Assembly (NCBI GenBank): GCA_041736305.1
Contig: JBGSTX010000078.1
Location: 1-20,700 of the forward strand
Reading direction: 5' to 3'
Origin: Oligoflexus sp.
GTDB taxonomy: Bacteria > Bdellovibrionota_B > Oligoflexia > Oligoflexales > Oligoflexaceae
DNA length: 20,700 nucleotides
The position numbers and the translations under genes were made by a program. Below, in pieces: positions 1 to 8,776 of this stretch (position 1 is its first letter; every line of letters starts with the position of its first letter). Under the pieces are notes generated by a model. That model saw nothing but the letters and a program-made list of their open reading frames with translations, made no database searches and was not told the origin of the DNA.

Positions 1-48
1 CTCCTAAAGGAGACCCTTGCCGAGACGAAATAAGATTATTTCGCTTTG

Positions 49-1578
49 TTATTTTAACATTTTGAAGAAATCTTCGAGGGTGGCAGAAGCTCTTTTCCTG
101 ACCAACTGAGTCAGGCAATACTCATGATTACGGGACAAACGGAGTTGAAATGGGTTGACTGTTGCGTCAGCGACGAAGGTTCCATCGAGAGCACCCTTGC
201 TGAAGTCAACAAAGCCTTTGACCTTGTCTTCGTTCCCGTAGGTCCACTTGAGGTTTACAGGATAAGCCTCGTTCTCTTTAATACCGAGATTGCAATCTCC
301 CGCGAAGAGCTCATCGCCCCACTGTGCGAAAGGGTAGTCCTGAGTATAAACACTTTTTTGGCCAACTGTTTCAGGAATCTTGTGGAACTGAATGCTGTGC
401 TTGTAGAACAAGCGAACATCGGCTGCTTCAGAAGAAACGAAGTCAGAATTCACGACGAACTTACCGATAAGAGTTGCCTCTTTCTCTGGCTCATAGGTCC
501 AAGTGTCAGAGCCATATACGAGAAAGAGTGCGCTCTCACCGCGTTCGATCTTACTATTCAATTCGATGAAGTGGCGGCGGAAGTCGAGATCCTTGGCAGC
601 TTTCTGACGGAACTCTTCGCGAACAGCAGGGCTTGGGGGAGCAACCCAAACAAAGCGTGGGCCTTTTGGTGCAGCTACAAGCTTACCAGTAACGTCTTTT
701 TCGGCGAGATGGTTCGCTTGAAGTTCGCGGGGGTCGAAGACAAAGTCGAGACCGAGGATGTTGCGAGAGAAGTACTGTGCCGTATAGAAGAAGCGCGAGA
801 AAGCGCCGACGCCAGCGGTTGCGCCTTTTTCAAAGCTCAAACGGTTGGACAGGTACTTGGAGTAGAAGTTGTTGTCGATGATCGGGTCGCCATTCTGGTC
901 TTTTTCCCAGCTCTGTCCACCGATATCATGCTGCGTGATCAAAACTTGGCTCTCTGAAGCACCGTCTACGAAAAACTTGCTCGAAAAAGCTGGAGTGAAG
1001 CGGTCTTTAACGCCAGTAGGTACGGCGCTCGAAAGACGACCAAGTACGCAGTCGTTGCGAGTCGCGTACTGACCAGTCAGTCCCAGAGCAGTTGCGCCTT
1101 CCAAAGGAACATAGCTGAGTTTGACGTTTACAGAGTAACGGTGGGTCAGGCGAACTGTGTCGCGGATATGACCTTTGCGGTAAGGACGGATTTCGCTGCC
1201 GAGGTTATCAGAATCTTTACCGTTTTTGCCGGCCCAGTCTTGATTCGTCCAGCCCGAGAAAACTTTCCAGAATCTCAGGACCGATCCATTACCAAAGGCA
1301 ATGACTTCATCCAGCTTGGATTCCGGTTTAACAAGAGCGTCGGGCTCTTGAGCGCTGCCCTCAACCGCGTCCCAAACCAAGTCCAGCTTATCGCAGGCGC
1401 TTGAATCAGGAGATTGGTTCATCGTGTTGAGCTTGGCTGCGACATCAGTAAAACCCTGAATCTGATCTTCGAGTTGATCTTTATCAAGCTTCTTTACATA
1501 GCCGGACTGAGCCTGAAGGATGGAGGGCGATAAGGCAATAGCCACGCCGAGCAAGGTCGTAAATCGAGTTCTAATCAT
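49..1578 (-). CDS. Secreted protein with a catalase-like (heme-dependent catalase superfamily) domain
   Basis: Likely start is ATG 1578, with AAAGGA upstream and signal peptide MIRTRFTTLLGVAIALSPSILQA. Motif series RLTH..VKLSY..TGQY..LGRLSSA..PAFSSKFFVDG..GQSW..NNFY..LSNRL and SEAADVRLFYKH resembles catalase-like domain proteins. Recognised by eye, not by HMM. Confidence 0.6.
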   Translation of the reverse strand: MIRTRFTTLLGVAIALSPSILQAQSGYVKKLDKDQLEDQIQGFTDVAAKLNTMNQSPDSSACDKLDLVWDAVEGSAQEPDALVKPESKLDEVIAFGNGSVLRFWKVFSGWTNQDWAGKNGKDSDNLGSEIRPYRKGHIRDTVRLTHRYSVNVKLSYVPLEGATALGLTGQYATRNDCVLGRLSSAVPTGVKDRFTPAFSSKFFVDGASESQVLITQHDIGGQSWEKDQNGDPIIDNNFYSKYLSNRLSFEKGATAGVGAFSRFFYTAQYFSRNILGLDFVFDPRELQANHLAEKDVTGKLVAAPKGPRFVWVAPPSPAVREEFRQKAAKDLDFRRHFIELNSKIERGESALFLVYGSDTWTYEPEKEATLIGKFVVNSDFVSSEAADVRLFYKHSIQFHKIPETVGQKSVYTQDYPFAQWGDELFAGDCNLGIKENEAYPVNLKWTYGNEDKVKGFVDFSKGALDGTFVADATVNPFQLRLSRNHEYCLTQLVRKRASATLEDFFKMLK

Positions 1579-1637
1579 CAGCAAAATTCCTTTGAAAGCG
1601 AGTGTGAGTACTCTTACCTGAGTCATGGAAAGGTAAC

Positions 1638-1650
1638 TGACCGTTGGTCA
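1638..1650. promoter_or_regulatory. Candidate TetR operator TGACC-N3-GGTCA
   Basis: Perfect inverted repeat in the divergent intergenic region between the secreted gene and the TetR gene. Confidence 0.45.
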
Positions 1651-1696
1651 TCAGCAGATATACGAGCCGCGTTTCTTTGTCAAACAGAAGGAAATA

Positions 1697-1715
1697 TATC
1701 TATAAATTATAGATA
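1697..1715. promoter_or_regulatory. AT-rich palindrome TATCTATAA-A-TTATAGATA, candidate operator
   Basis: Perfect 9-1-9 inverted repeat about 45 nt upstream of the TetR start. Confidence 0.35.
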
Positions 1716-1759
1716 GATGAGCTATAGTGCGGGTAATTTTAGGAGGGTCTTTAGAGACT

Positions 1760-2395
1760 ATGGAACAAAGGGCGATGAGCGGCGAGGACAAACAAAAAAA
1801 GCATCGGCTAATACTGGAGACAACTCTTCGCCTCTTTAAAAGCGAAAGACGCATTCATACCGTGGCCAAAATAGCGCAGGAGGCGAACCTTGCTAAGGGC
1901 ACTTTGTACCTCTACTTTGCCACTAAAGAAGAGATTTACTTGGAACTCCTTGCGAGTAGCTTCAAGCTTTGGCACGAGAAACTTCGCGCTTATGTTACAG
2001 AGGCCAAGCCCACACCCTACAAGCTCATCGAATTCATGTGCCGGAGTTTAGCTGAGCTTACCGACTTCGTTGACCTCACCAGCAAGCTGTCTGCTTCAAT
2101 GGAGGGAAACGTATCGGTAGATTTTATGAGGATCATGCGCAAACACATGCAGGAGGAACGCCTCAAGAGCTGCCAGTTGATTGCGAAGAACTATACGCAG
2201 TGGACCGAAGAAGAATCTCTGACGCGATTTATGCGCTTTTACGTTTATGCAGTCGCGTACTGGAAAGAATGCTTCCCCTCAGAACGAGTTGTCGCGGCGA
2301 TGCCTGAAGAATTCCCGCCAGAAGATCAGCAAAGAGAAAAGTATTTCCGTGAAATCCTCGAAGTGAATTGCCTGCTCTGGGCCGTTCAAGCTTAA
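1760..2395 (+). CDS. TetR/AcrR family transcriptional regulator
   Basis: HTH motif TVAKIAQEANLAKGTLYLYFATKEEIYLEL. AGGAGG at 1741-1746 precedes ATG 1760. Confidence 0.93.
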   Translation: MEQRAMSGEDKQKKHRLILETTLRLFKSERRIHTVAKIAQEANLAKGTLYLYFATKEEIYLELLASSFKLWHEKLRAYVTEAKPTPYKLIEFMCRSLAELTDFVDLTSKLSASMEGNVSVDFMRIMRKHMQEERLKSCQLIAKNYTQWTEEESLTRFMRFYVYAVAYWKECFPSERVVAAMPEEFPPEDQQREKYFREILEVNCLLWAVQA

Positions 2396-2544
2396 TGCAC
2401 CTTTGCGAGTTCCGTACTGGCGGCTATTAGTCCTTCTGTGGCGAGAGTCAGACTCTTCATGTCTAGCTTATCTAAAGTATCTTTCTCTGTGTGATAGTGC
2501 GGATAGCGGAAAGGAGCGGTATCGGTCACCATCAGGGCTGGGTA
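2392..2544 (-). pseudogene. C-terminal remnant of an M28-family metallopeptidase
   Basis: Manual translation gives YPALMVTDTAPFRYPHYHTEKDTLDKLDMKSLTLATEGLIAASTELAKVH*, matching the M28 C-terminal YPA-MVTDTA-FR-PHYH---DT-D-LD signature. Upstream sequence in this frame is unrelated and reaches a stop near 2600. Confidence 0.75.
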
Positions 2545-2653
2545 GGATGATGGGTTTGGCCTCGTGTAAAAAATGTGGCAAGAGGAAGCTCTTGCAGATC
2601 AAGGTAAGCTGAGCTTCCTAGACGTAGTCTTGTGAGGCACTCACCTTTTTTTC

Positions 2654-3859
2654 TTAGCTCAAAAGTCCCAGAATTTCATAGGTCAGACCCTTGCCTGTAC
2701 TTCCACCACGTTGGGAGCTGAAGTAGAGTCGATCCCCCGAAGGACTGATGGCTGGTCCCGCAATTTCTGAATCATCCTGATTTTCAACCTGCAGGAGGGG
2801 GATAACATCGCCGCTAGGGCCAATGACACAAATTTGCATATTGCCACCATCTTCAGCGACAAGAAGATGCCCATCACGGCTTACCGTTACATTGTCGACG
2901 CCACGTAGAATAGGGTTCCGAGAGCTTTGCGCATCATAGATGACCCTGAGCCTGCCCGCTTCAATATCGTACTGCCAGACTCGGTTATCACCCTTCGTCG
3001 TGAACGTTACGATGCCGTCATGGTAGCAAATACCTTCGCCTCCATCGAACTTACGAGCATTTCTCACCTGGTAGCGAGTTTCGGTCTGGCCAGATTCAGG
3101 AGTTGGATTGCTAAGCGCTTGCCACGTCACGGACCCAGCACTGTTGACGATCGCCGCTTGAAGAGTGCCGCGGTCAAAGTTCATACGCCCATTGTCGATA
3201 GATTCAGGGATAAAGCGATAGAGGCAGCCATCAGACGTATCTTCCGTCAAATATGCATGCATATGGGTCGGGTCGATCGCAACGGCTTCATGTTTGAAGT
3301 AGCCCAGGCCCGAACAAACTTTGGCATCATTTCCATAGATACTGCACTCGTAAACCCGACCGTAGCTAATTTCCTCGCATGACAACCAAGTATCCCAAGG
3401 CGTCGCACCACCAGCGCAGTTGCGGCTGCTGCCGCTCAGGATGCTATAGGCATCGATGATTTCGCCCTGCTTATTGAAACGCAGAGCTCCGACTCCCCCA
3501 GCTCCATCTCCCGCTTCTGAATTCGAAACATAGATCCAGCCCCCATCAGCTGTCGCATAGCATGCACCTCCATCGGGTTCTACGTGCCACAGATAGCTGC
3601 TGCTTTGTTCGCTAGTCAGTCCAACTGGTCTTCCTGAAGCTGCTAGCAGGCGCGAACTAAAGCCTTTCGGCAAGCGAATGCCGTTGGCATCAGGAGCTTG
3701 TAGAGGGCCAATTTTGCTGAGACTGCGATAGCAGAGGAGTGGGCAGGCTGTCACCAAAGAACTCAAGCCGCCGCCACCGATTCCCAGCAAACCAAGTCCA
3801 CTAATCGAATAACCGAGTAACTGACGTCGATTCACCATCAAGCTTTTCTGCTCGAGCAC
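2654..3859 (-). CDS. phoX: PhoX-family (DUF839) alkaline phosphatase, Tat-exported
   Basis: Twin-arginine NRRQLL signal. Motifs PDGG, NCAGGATPWDTWLSCEE, FKHEAVA, TED, GEG, DNVTV, AEDG, SEIAGP, SSQ. GGGGAG precedes the GTG start. Confidence 0.88.
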   Translation of the reverse strand: MLEQKSLMVNRRQLLGYSISGLGLLGIGGGGLSSLVTACPLLCYRSLSKIGPLQAPDANGIRLPKGFSSRLLAASGRPVGLTSEQSSSYLWHVEPDGGACYATADGGWIYVSNSEAGDGAGGVGALRFNKQGEIIDAYSILSGSSRNCAGGATPWDTWLSCEEISYGRVYECSIYGNDAKVCSGLGYFKHEAVAIDPTHMHAYLTEDTSDGCLYRFIPESIDNGRMNFDRGTLQAAIVNSAGSVTWQALSNPTPESGQTETRYQVRNARKFDGGEGICYHDGIVTFTTKGDNRVWQYDIEAGRLRVIYDAQSSRNPILRGVDNVTVSRDGHLLVAEDGGNMQICVIGPSGDVIPLLQVENQDDSEIAGPAISPSGDRLYFSSQRGGSTGKGLTYEILGLLS

Positions 3860-4050
3860 GGGAAATCTCCCCTATAAGTTTAAAATCGAGTCATAAAAAA
3901 AGTCGTTGACCGTTTTAAGGGTGCCGCTTCGATCAAAAAATTTTCTATGGGATGATTACTTTCAAGCTATACAACAGATACTTAGACCCAAGCAAGACTC
4001 GTAAGAAAATTATTGTCTCCATAGAGCAGTAGGAAAAAGCTGTTCTGAGA

Positions 4051-4079
4051 GAAAGCCTCGCATCGAGCCGATGCGAGGC
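4051..4079 (-). terminator. Intrinsic terminator downstream of the first CotH gene
   Basis: 11-bp perfect stem GCCTCGCATCG-AGC-CGATGCGAGGC just after the stop codon, followed by TTTC on the minus strand. Confidence 0.65.
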
Positions 4080-4085
4080 GATTCT

Positions 4086-5603
4086 TCAGTTCGGAGTCCT
4101 AAGACAGCTGTATCCGGTGGCCTTCGAGCAGATTCCCCAGTCCTTAGCCGTTTGCACTTCGAGAGGACAGGCCTCTTTGCAATCCGGAAGCTTATCTTCG
4201 CTTAGCTTTACATCTACCTTGCAGGGCACGCCTGCGGTAGCTGCTTCCTTGTCATCCCTTTGCACGTAGCCGTAATCGCCTTCGGTAGCTTTGGGAGCAA
4301 AGCTGACACCTCGCGCAACAAAAGGCGCGTTTGGGCACTTGGGGAAGTAATGGCCCGAAGTTTCAACGACGGATGGGGTAGGTTCGGGAAGATTGTCGAT
4401 GAAGCTCGCGATCTGCTCGCGGCGCCGTTTGACACTGGCCTTCAGGCGGTCGAGATCCTTCGTAAAGCCTTTTTTCTCCTGCTCTAGAATCCGTGGACCG
4501 ATAAGAGTGGCCATCGCATCGATCTCGGCGATGATTTCTGGCTCGGACCAGAGGGTCGTCATGTAGTCTTTAATCGTAGCAGCCAATTTTGCTCGATAGA
4601 ACTTCGAAGCATAGATTTTAGCGGCGAGATTGTTCTTCGCATAAACCTGCAGGGTTTCTCGCACACCGTCCCGATTCAGAATTTGATCCGTTCCCCAAGG
4701 CAAAACATTCATCTTCCCGTCTTTATCAAAGTAAATATAGGAGTTATTCGTGCCGAGGGTCATGCCATCCCAATGGGTCATAATCACTTCCATTGCCCAA
4801 TAGCGGATAAACTGATCCATGTTAACGAGCTGGCTGAGCGATTCCAGTTCTTCGGTCTTATCGTTTTTGATGGCTTCTATCACAGCCTTGATATCGGCGA
4901 GGGAGTCATCCTTCCATCCTTCGAGACCAGCGGCAAAACGTGGCAAAGCCCAGCTTTCGAAAGATTCTCCACCAATCTCGTAAAGGTTCCCGAGGGGCGA
5001 GCCGAACTTTTCTAGGATAAAAGACTTCTTCATCGGCTCAAGATTTACGAAAATGCCGTAGTCTTCGCCGTTGATCAGCACGTGAGCAAAGTTGCACTGA
5101 GGAGCCGGTATACCGGCCCGAGCGAAGATTTGATAGGAGAGGCACTGGCGAACATAGGCCTTATCCTGCAGCGAATTGTTGAGTATCAGGGCATCGGTCC
5201 CCCACTGCTTTTGAGCCGCTGCTCCTTGCGCCTTCACGAACTTGTCAAGCTTGATGTTCATCGAAGCCTTGGTCTTTGACTCGGAATTGCACCACGACTT
5301 TTTCTTAGCACCAATGTTTTGCATAGCAACGCCGTCGATTTTTATTTCTTCGAATTTGAACCAGTCGTACTGGGGCCCGATAAATCCGAAGATGCAGCGC
5401 CCGCCTTTCGGCTCTGCCTTGCGCAGCTCGTCCCACTGAGATGCGGTGATCTCAATTTGGACGATGTGATCTGCCTGATATAAACTATTCCTACTCACAG
5501 GAGCTCCATCTACTGCCTCTTGCACAGCCGCCTTCTTGACTGGCGAACAGGCTAAGAGGAGAAGACTAACGAAAGCTAAGATTTTCATGCAAGACGCCTT
5601 CAT
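4086..5603 (-). CDS. CotH kinase family lipoprotein with a C-terminal Cys-rich extension
   Basis: NIGAKKKS, LILNNSLQDKAYVRQCLSYQIFARAGIPAPQC, YGIFVNLE, NLYE, HWDG, NNSYIY, LPWGTD. Lipobox LLAC. Start set at ATG 5603 after GGGGAG; the ORF track starts it at TTG 5624. Confidence 0.9.
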   Translation of the reverse strand: MKASCMKILAFVSLLLLACSPVKKAAVQEAVDGAPVSRNSLYQADHIVQIEITASQWDELRKAEPKGGRCIFGFIGPQYDWFKFEEIKIDGVAMQNIGAKKKSWCNSESKTKASMNIKLDKFVKAQGAAAQKQWGTDALILNNSLQDKAYVRQCLSYQIFARAGIPAPQCNFAHVLINGEDYGIFVNLEPMKKSFILEKFGSPLGNLYEIGGESFESWALPRFAAGLEGWKDDSLADIKAVIEAIKNDKTEELESLSQLVNMDQFIRYWAMEVIMTHWDGMTLGTNNSYIYFDKDGKMNVLPWGTDQILNRDGVRETLQVYAKNNLAAKIYASKFYRAKLAATIKDYMTTLWSEPEIIAEIDAMATLIGPRILEQEKKGFTKDLDRLKASVKRRREQIASFIDNLPEPTPSVVETSGHYFPKCPNAPFVARGVSFAPKATEGDYGYVQRDDKEAATAGVPCKVDVKLSEDKLPDCKEACPLEVQTAKDWGICSKATGYSCLRTPN

Positions 5604-5932
5604 CAGCAAGTTTAACTCCCCCAAATTTTAATCGATCTATTCCTTCAGAATAGTAGAAGGCAAAAATTTAAGGAACGGGAAATCTCAAGGAGCTGTTACA
5701 TATTTTTGGCAAATGCTGCTCAATGTTTAGACATTCCACGCGCTCCTCGCGCTCAAAACCACTTTAGCTTATGATAATGCGTGTTCTCGAAGAGAACGAG
5801 GCTAGCCGTGAGTGGGGCGAACACCGGAGTGGCCAAAGTACGCGATGAGGATCGACCAGACCGATTCACGAAGTAAGCTTCTCTATGAGACGCACCATAA
5901 GCTTTCGCAAATCTACTGGATAAGGAGTCTTT

Positions 5933-7237
5933 ATGAGGAGAAGCGTTCTAGCAGGTTTCGCCGCAATATCGCTGATTCACGGCTGCCGAACCCAAAACGA
6001 GAATCCGGGTGACTCTGAGGTCAAGATCAGCGCTGTTGACGAAACAGCCCGTAAGCAAGCCCAGCAATATTTCGCTCCAGATAAGCTGGTTAAGATCGAA
6101 GTGCAAATGAAGGACTGGGACACGCTGCGCAAGCTGAGTCCTGCGGGTGGCCGCTGCAACTTCAAATTTCTTGACTCGCAGTATAAGTGGATGAGCGCCG
6201 AAGAAGTCAGCGTCAACGGCGAAGTCTTCAAGAACGTCGGCATCAAAAAGCGCTCGCACTGTGGCTCCCTCAGCGATACCAAGCCTAATCTCGGCATAAA
6301 ATTCGATAAAAATGAAAAGAAAATGAAAGCCAGAGCCCTGGCCTCTATCGGCGTAAATACTCTCACCCTCAACAATTCTCGCCAAGATCCTAGCCTTGTT
6401 CGCCAGTGTCTCGCCTATCGCTTATTCGCCCGAGCCGGCATGGCTTCGCCACGTTGCAATTATGCACATATTAAGGTCAACGGCCAGGATCTGGGCATCT
6501 ACGTGAACGTGGAGAATATGGACGCCCAAGCCATGGGCCGCATCTACGGTTTGCCGCTGGGCCGTCTCTACAAAATCGAGGTTGATGAATTCAAGGACAC
6601 CCATCTCGAGCGCTGGGCAGCCCATATCGAGGGTTTTGACGACTCAACTGACGTCGATGATGTAAAGGCGGTTATTGCGGCCATAAAAAGCGACAAGAGT
6701 CCTCTTCTCGAAGAGCTGGGAAGGCTTGTTGATTTCGACCAATACATCAAATACTGGGCTATGGAGATGCTGATCATTCACTCCGATGGCATGATCCGCC
6801 ACAATAACAACACTTATGTTTATTTTCCGCCCCAAGGCAAGATGCAGATACTGCCCTCAGGCCCTGACAAGACGCTGGTCTATGACGATAAACCGGTGCA
6901 TAAGATGCTTTATCGGAAAGATTTCATTGCCGGTCGTCTCCTCGAACGAGAGGTCTATCGGCAAAAGCTCAAAGACACCGTTAAGAGTCTGCTCTCACAA
7001 ATCTGGAACGACTCGGTACTAGAACAGGACATCAATAAGGACCTGGCCCTCATCGACGGTTATATCAGCACGGACCAGAAAAAAGATCACGAAGATTCAC
7101 TCGCCTCACTGCGCGTCAATATCAAGAATCGACCAGCTGAGATGCAGGAAATCATTCAAATGATCGAAGAGGCCGGTAATCCGCCAGCGCCGCGTCCGGC
7201 GCCGGCAGATACGACTCCGACCGGTTCAGATCGTTGA
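5933..7237 (+). CDS. CotH kinase family lipoprotein
   Basis: NVGIKKRS, LTLNNSRQDPSLVRQCLAYRLFARAG, LGIYVNVE, HSDG, NNNTYVY, LPSGPD. Lipobox-like IHGC. TAAGGAG SD. Confidence 0.9.
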   Translation: MRRSVLAGFAAISLIHGCRTQNENPGDSEVKISAVDETARKQAQQYFAPDKLVKIEVQMKDWDTLRKLSPAGGRCNFKFLDSQYKWMSAEEVSVNGEVFKNVGIKKRSHCGSLSDTKPNLGIKFDKNEKKMKARALASIGVNTLTLNNSRQDPSLVRQCLAYRLFARAGMASPRCNYAHIKVNGQDLGIYVNVENMDAQAMGRIYGLPLGRLYKIEVDEFKDTHLERWAAHIEGFDDSTDVDDVKAVIAAIKSDKSPLLEELGRLVDFDQYIKYWAMEMLIIHSDGMIRHNNNTYVYFPPQGKMQILPSGPDKTLVYDDKPVHKMLYRKDFIAGRLLEREVYRQKLKDTVKSLLSQIWNDSVLEQDINKDLALIDGYISTDQKKDHEDSLASLRVNIKNRPAEMQEIIQMIEEAGNPPAPRPAPADTTPTGSDR

Positions 7238-7433
7238 GCAACTCAGTCACGGCAGATATTCGATCGAGGATTCTCGCTCAGCTCGCTCGCGAAATAAAGT
7301 AGTCGATTTCGTTTTTATAGCCATAGTTATGGTTGCCAATAGCCACGACAGAAAACTCGAAGGTTGGGAAAAGGCGATGAAGATTCTGCAATCATGCGCC
7401 GCAGGGTGCGCGAAGACGGAAATGATGTTCATT

Positions 7434-7463
7434 TTGCTGGTCTATACGTATAATAACTATAAT
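7434..7463 (+). promoter_or_regulatory. Putative sigma70-type promoter TTGCTG-N18-TATAAT
   Basis: Perfect TATAAT (two copies, 7449-7454 and 7458-7463) in AT-rich DNA upstream of the 7508 gene. Confidence 0.4.
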
Positions 7464-7507
7464 TTATTTTTATTAGTGACTGATGGGTCTTATCTCGGGA
7501 GTGGTTC

Positions 7508-8563
7508 ATGAGACTATTGCGTCGACGATCTGCTTTACTCATAGTTGTTTTTGCGGGCATTTTCTTCATAGCTTGCCGAACGAACCAATCCGAAAAGCTT
7601 GACAGCGGTCTTGCTGCTACTGATGCTGCACAGTCAGTCCAAAGCCCGCTCGTTGGCAAGGGCTGGGCGGATGATGATTGCTTAAGTTGTCTTTGCACAC
7701 TTGCGGTTTTTCCGGAAAAAATTGGCTACCAAAATGTATCGGAAGACCCTCAGATCGAATGGACTAATAAGGTCGGATACTGCGGGCAAAAAAAGGCCTG
7801 TGGCCCATTTGAGTATTCGAATGTCTGGTCACCGATTCTCTTAGTAAAGCGTTGCGGAGAATCGGATTTGTTAGCGCGCTGGACCTTGCGAGAGCAGACA
7901 GCAGAAACCTTGGCTTGCTTTTATGAACAGCCCTTTTTTGGGGGCACTGAACAGTGCTATAAGCCCGGTAAATACGCTGAATTTGATGCGAATATGACGA
8001 ATAAATTCTCGAGCATGCGGGGCTTTTACGGCGCTCAAGTGCAAGCCTGGCCCGAAAAAAAGTTTCAAGGTCAGGTCTTTAATGGCAACGAGGACTGGAT
8101 CCCTGAATTACCTGCTGAGATCAATAATAAGATTTCATCTTTCAATATTGCTGTGAGCCCGAACCGCCCCGCTCCAGCTGATCTACAGGTAAGCCTGAAT
8201 GCAGCGGAATTGACGAACGAAATCAAAAGAGAGGTCGGTTCGCATGGCGATCACGAGTCTTTTGTTAAAGCCCTGCTCGATCTTGCTTACAAAAAGATCA
8301 ATGCTAAAGCCGCACAGCAAAATAAGCGTGGATATCACATATTCATTTCCAAGATTCGAGTGAAAGTCGATCGGAATTTCAAGGACCTTGCTTATACTGG
8401 ATCTTTCGACTTCAAAGGTGATGATTCTTATGGGGTTTTTGCTTTTCGTTCAGGGACCGCCATCTTACATGGCGATGGTGGCTGGAAAAATTGGGCGATG
8501 GAGGGCCATTTTGAGCGCACTGGCGACAGAGGAAGTATTGCGACGTTTTCCGAACATCCCTGA
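7508..8563 (+). CDS. Lipoprotein with a Cys-rich region, a beta/gamma-crystallin domain and a YvgO-like C-terminal domain
   Basis: Lipobox FIAC. Two Greek-key motifs: CFYEQPFFGG..TNKFSSMR and AWPEKKFQG..NNKISSFNI. C-terminus YGVFAFRSG..HGDGGWKNWAMEGHFER resembles the GDGG(W/Y)xNW motif of Bacillus YvgO-type proteins. Confidence 0.75.
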   Translation: MRLLRRRSALLIVVFAGIFFIACRTNQSEKLDSGLAATDAAQSVQSPLVGKGWADDDCLSCLCTLAVFPEKIGYQNVSEDPQIEWTNKVGYCGQKKACGPFEYSNVWSPILLVKRCGESDLLARWTLREQTAETLACFYEQPFFGGTEQCYKPGKYAEFDANMTNKFSSMRGFYGAQVQAWPEKKFQGQVFNGNEDWIPELPAEINNKISSFNIAVSPNRPAPADLQVSLNAAELTNEIKREVGSHGDHESFVKALLDLAYKKINAKAAQQNKRGYHIFISKIRVKVDRNFKDLAYTGSFDFKGDDSYGVFAFRSGTAILHGDGGWKNWAMEGHFERTGDRGSIATFSEHP

Positions 8564-8718
8564 TTGAAGTCTGGATGGACTCTCATTGGGACTCTTGTGG
8601 GCTCCAGGGCTCTTGCTGAGGCTTACTCGGTCTTCTTTCCGATCCCTCGAGGGTGATCTCGAATATAAGGGCGCAAAGCCGGAACTGACTCTCATTCGAC
8701 TGCAGAGGCAGCTTAATT

Positions 8719-8752
8719 AAAAAGTCCCGCTCGACTGAGTCGGCGGGACTTT
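8719..8752. terminator. Intrinsic terminator, probably bidirectional
   Basis: AAAGTCCCGC-T-CGAC-TGA-GTCG-GCGGGACTTT stem with A/T tracts, between convergent transcription units. Best U-tract is on the minus strand. Confidence 0.8.
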
Positions 8753-8776
8753 AAAAAATCAATTTTGTCTGTGCGA

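Noticed and set aside
124-957. 277-aa plus-strand ORF
   Set aside because: Lies wholly antisense to the secreted catalase-like gene and has no recognisable motifs; treated as a shadow ORF.
2403-2612. 69-aa plus-strand ORF after tetR
   Set aside because: Better explained as the antisense shadow of the M28 peptidase remnant.
3860-4050. Pho box upstream of phoX
   Set aside because: No convincing CTGTCAT-type 11-bp direct repeat was found by eye.
5604-5932. Riboswitch in the long intergenic region between the CotH genes
   Set aside because: No recognisable aptamer consensus or terminator; an Rfam search would be needed.
7247-7432. 61-aa minus-strand ORF
   Set aside because: No SD or motif support.
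7670-7830. i-type lysozyme resemblance (CLSCLC..CGPF..W)
   Set aside because: The catalytic Glu after CxC is absent and the segment is too short; the similarity is superficial.
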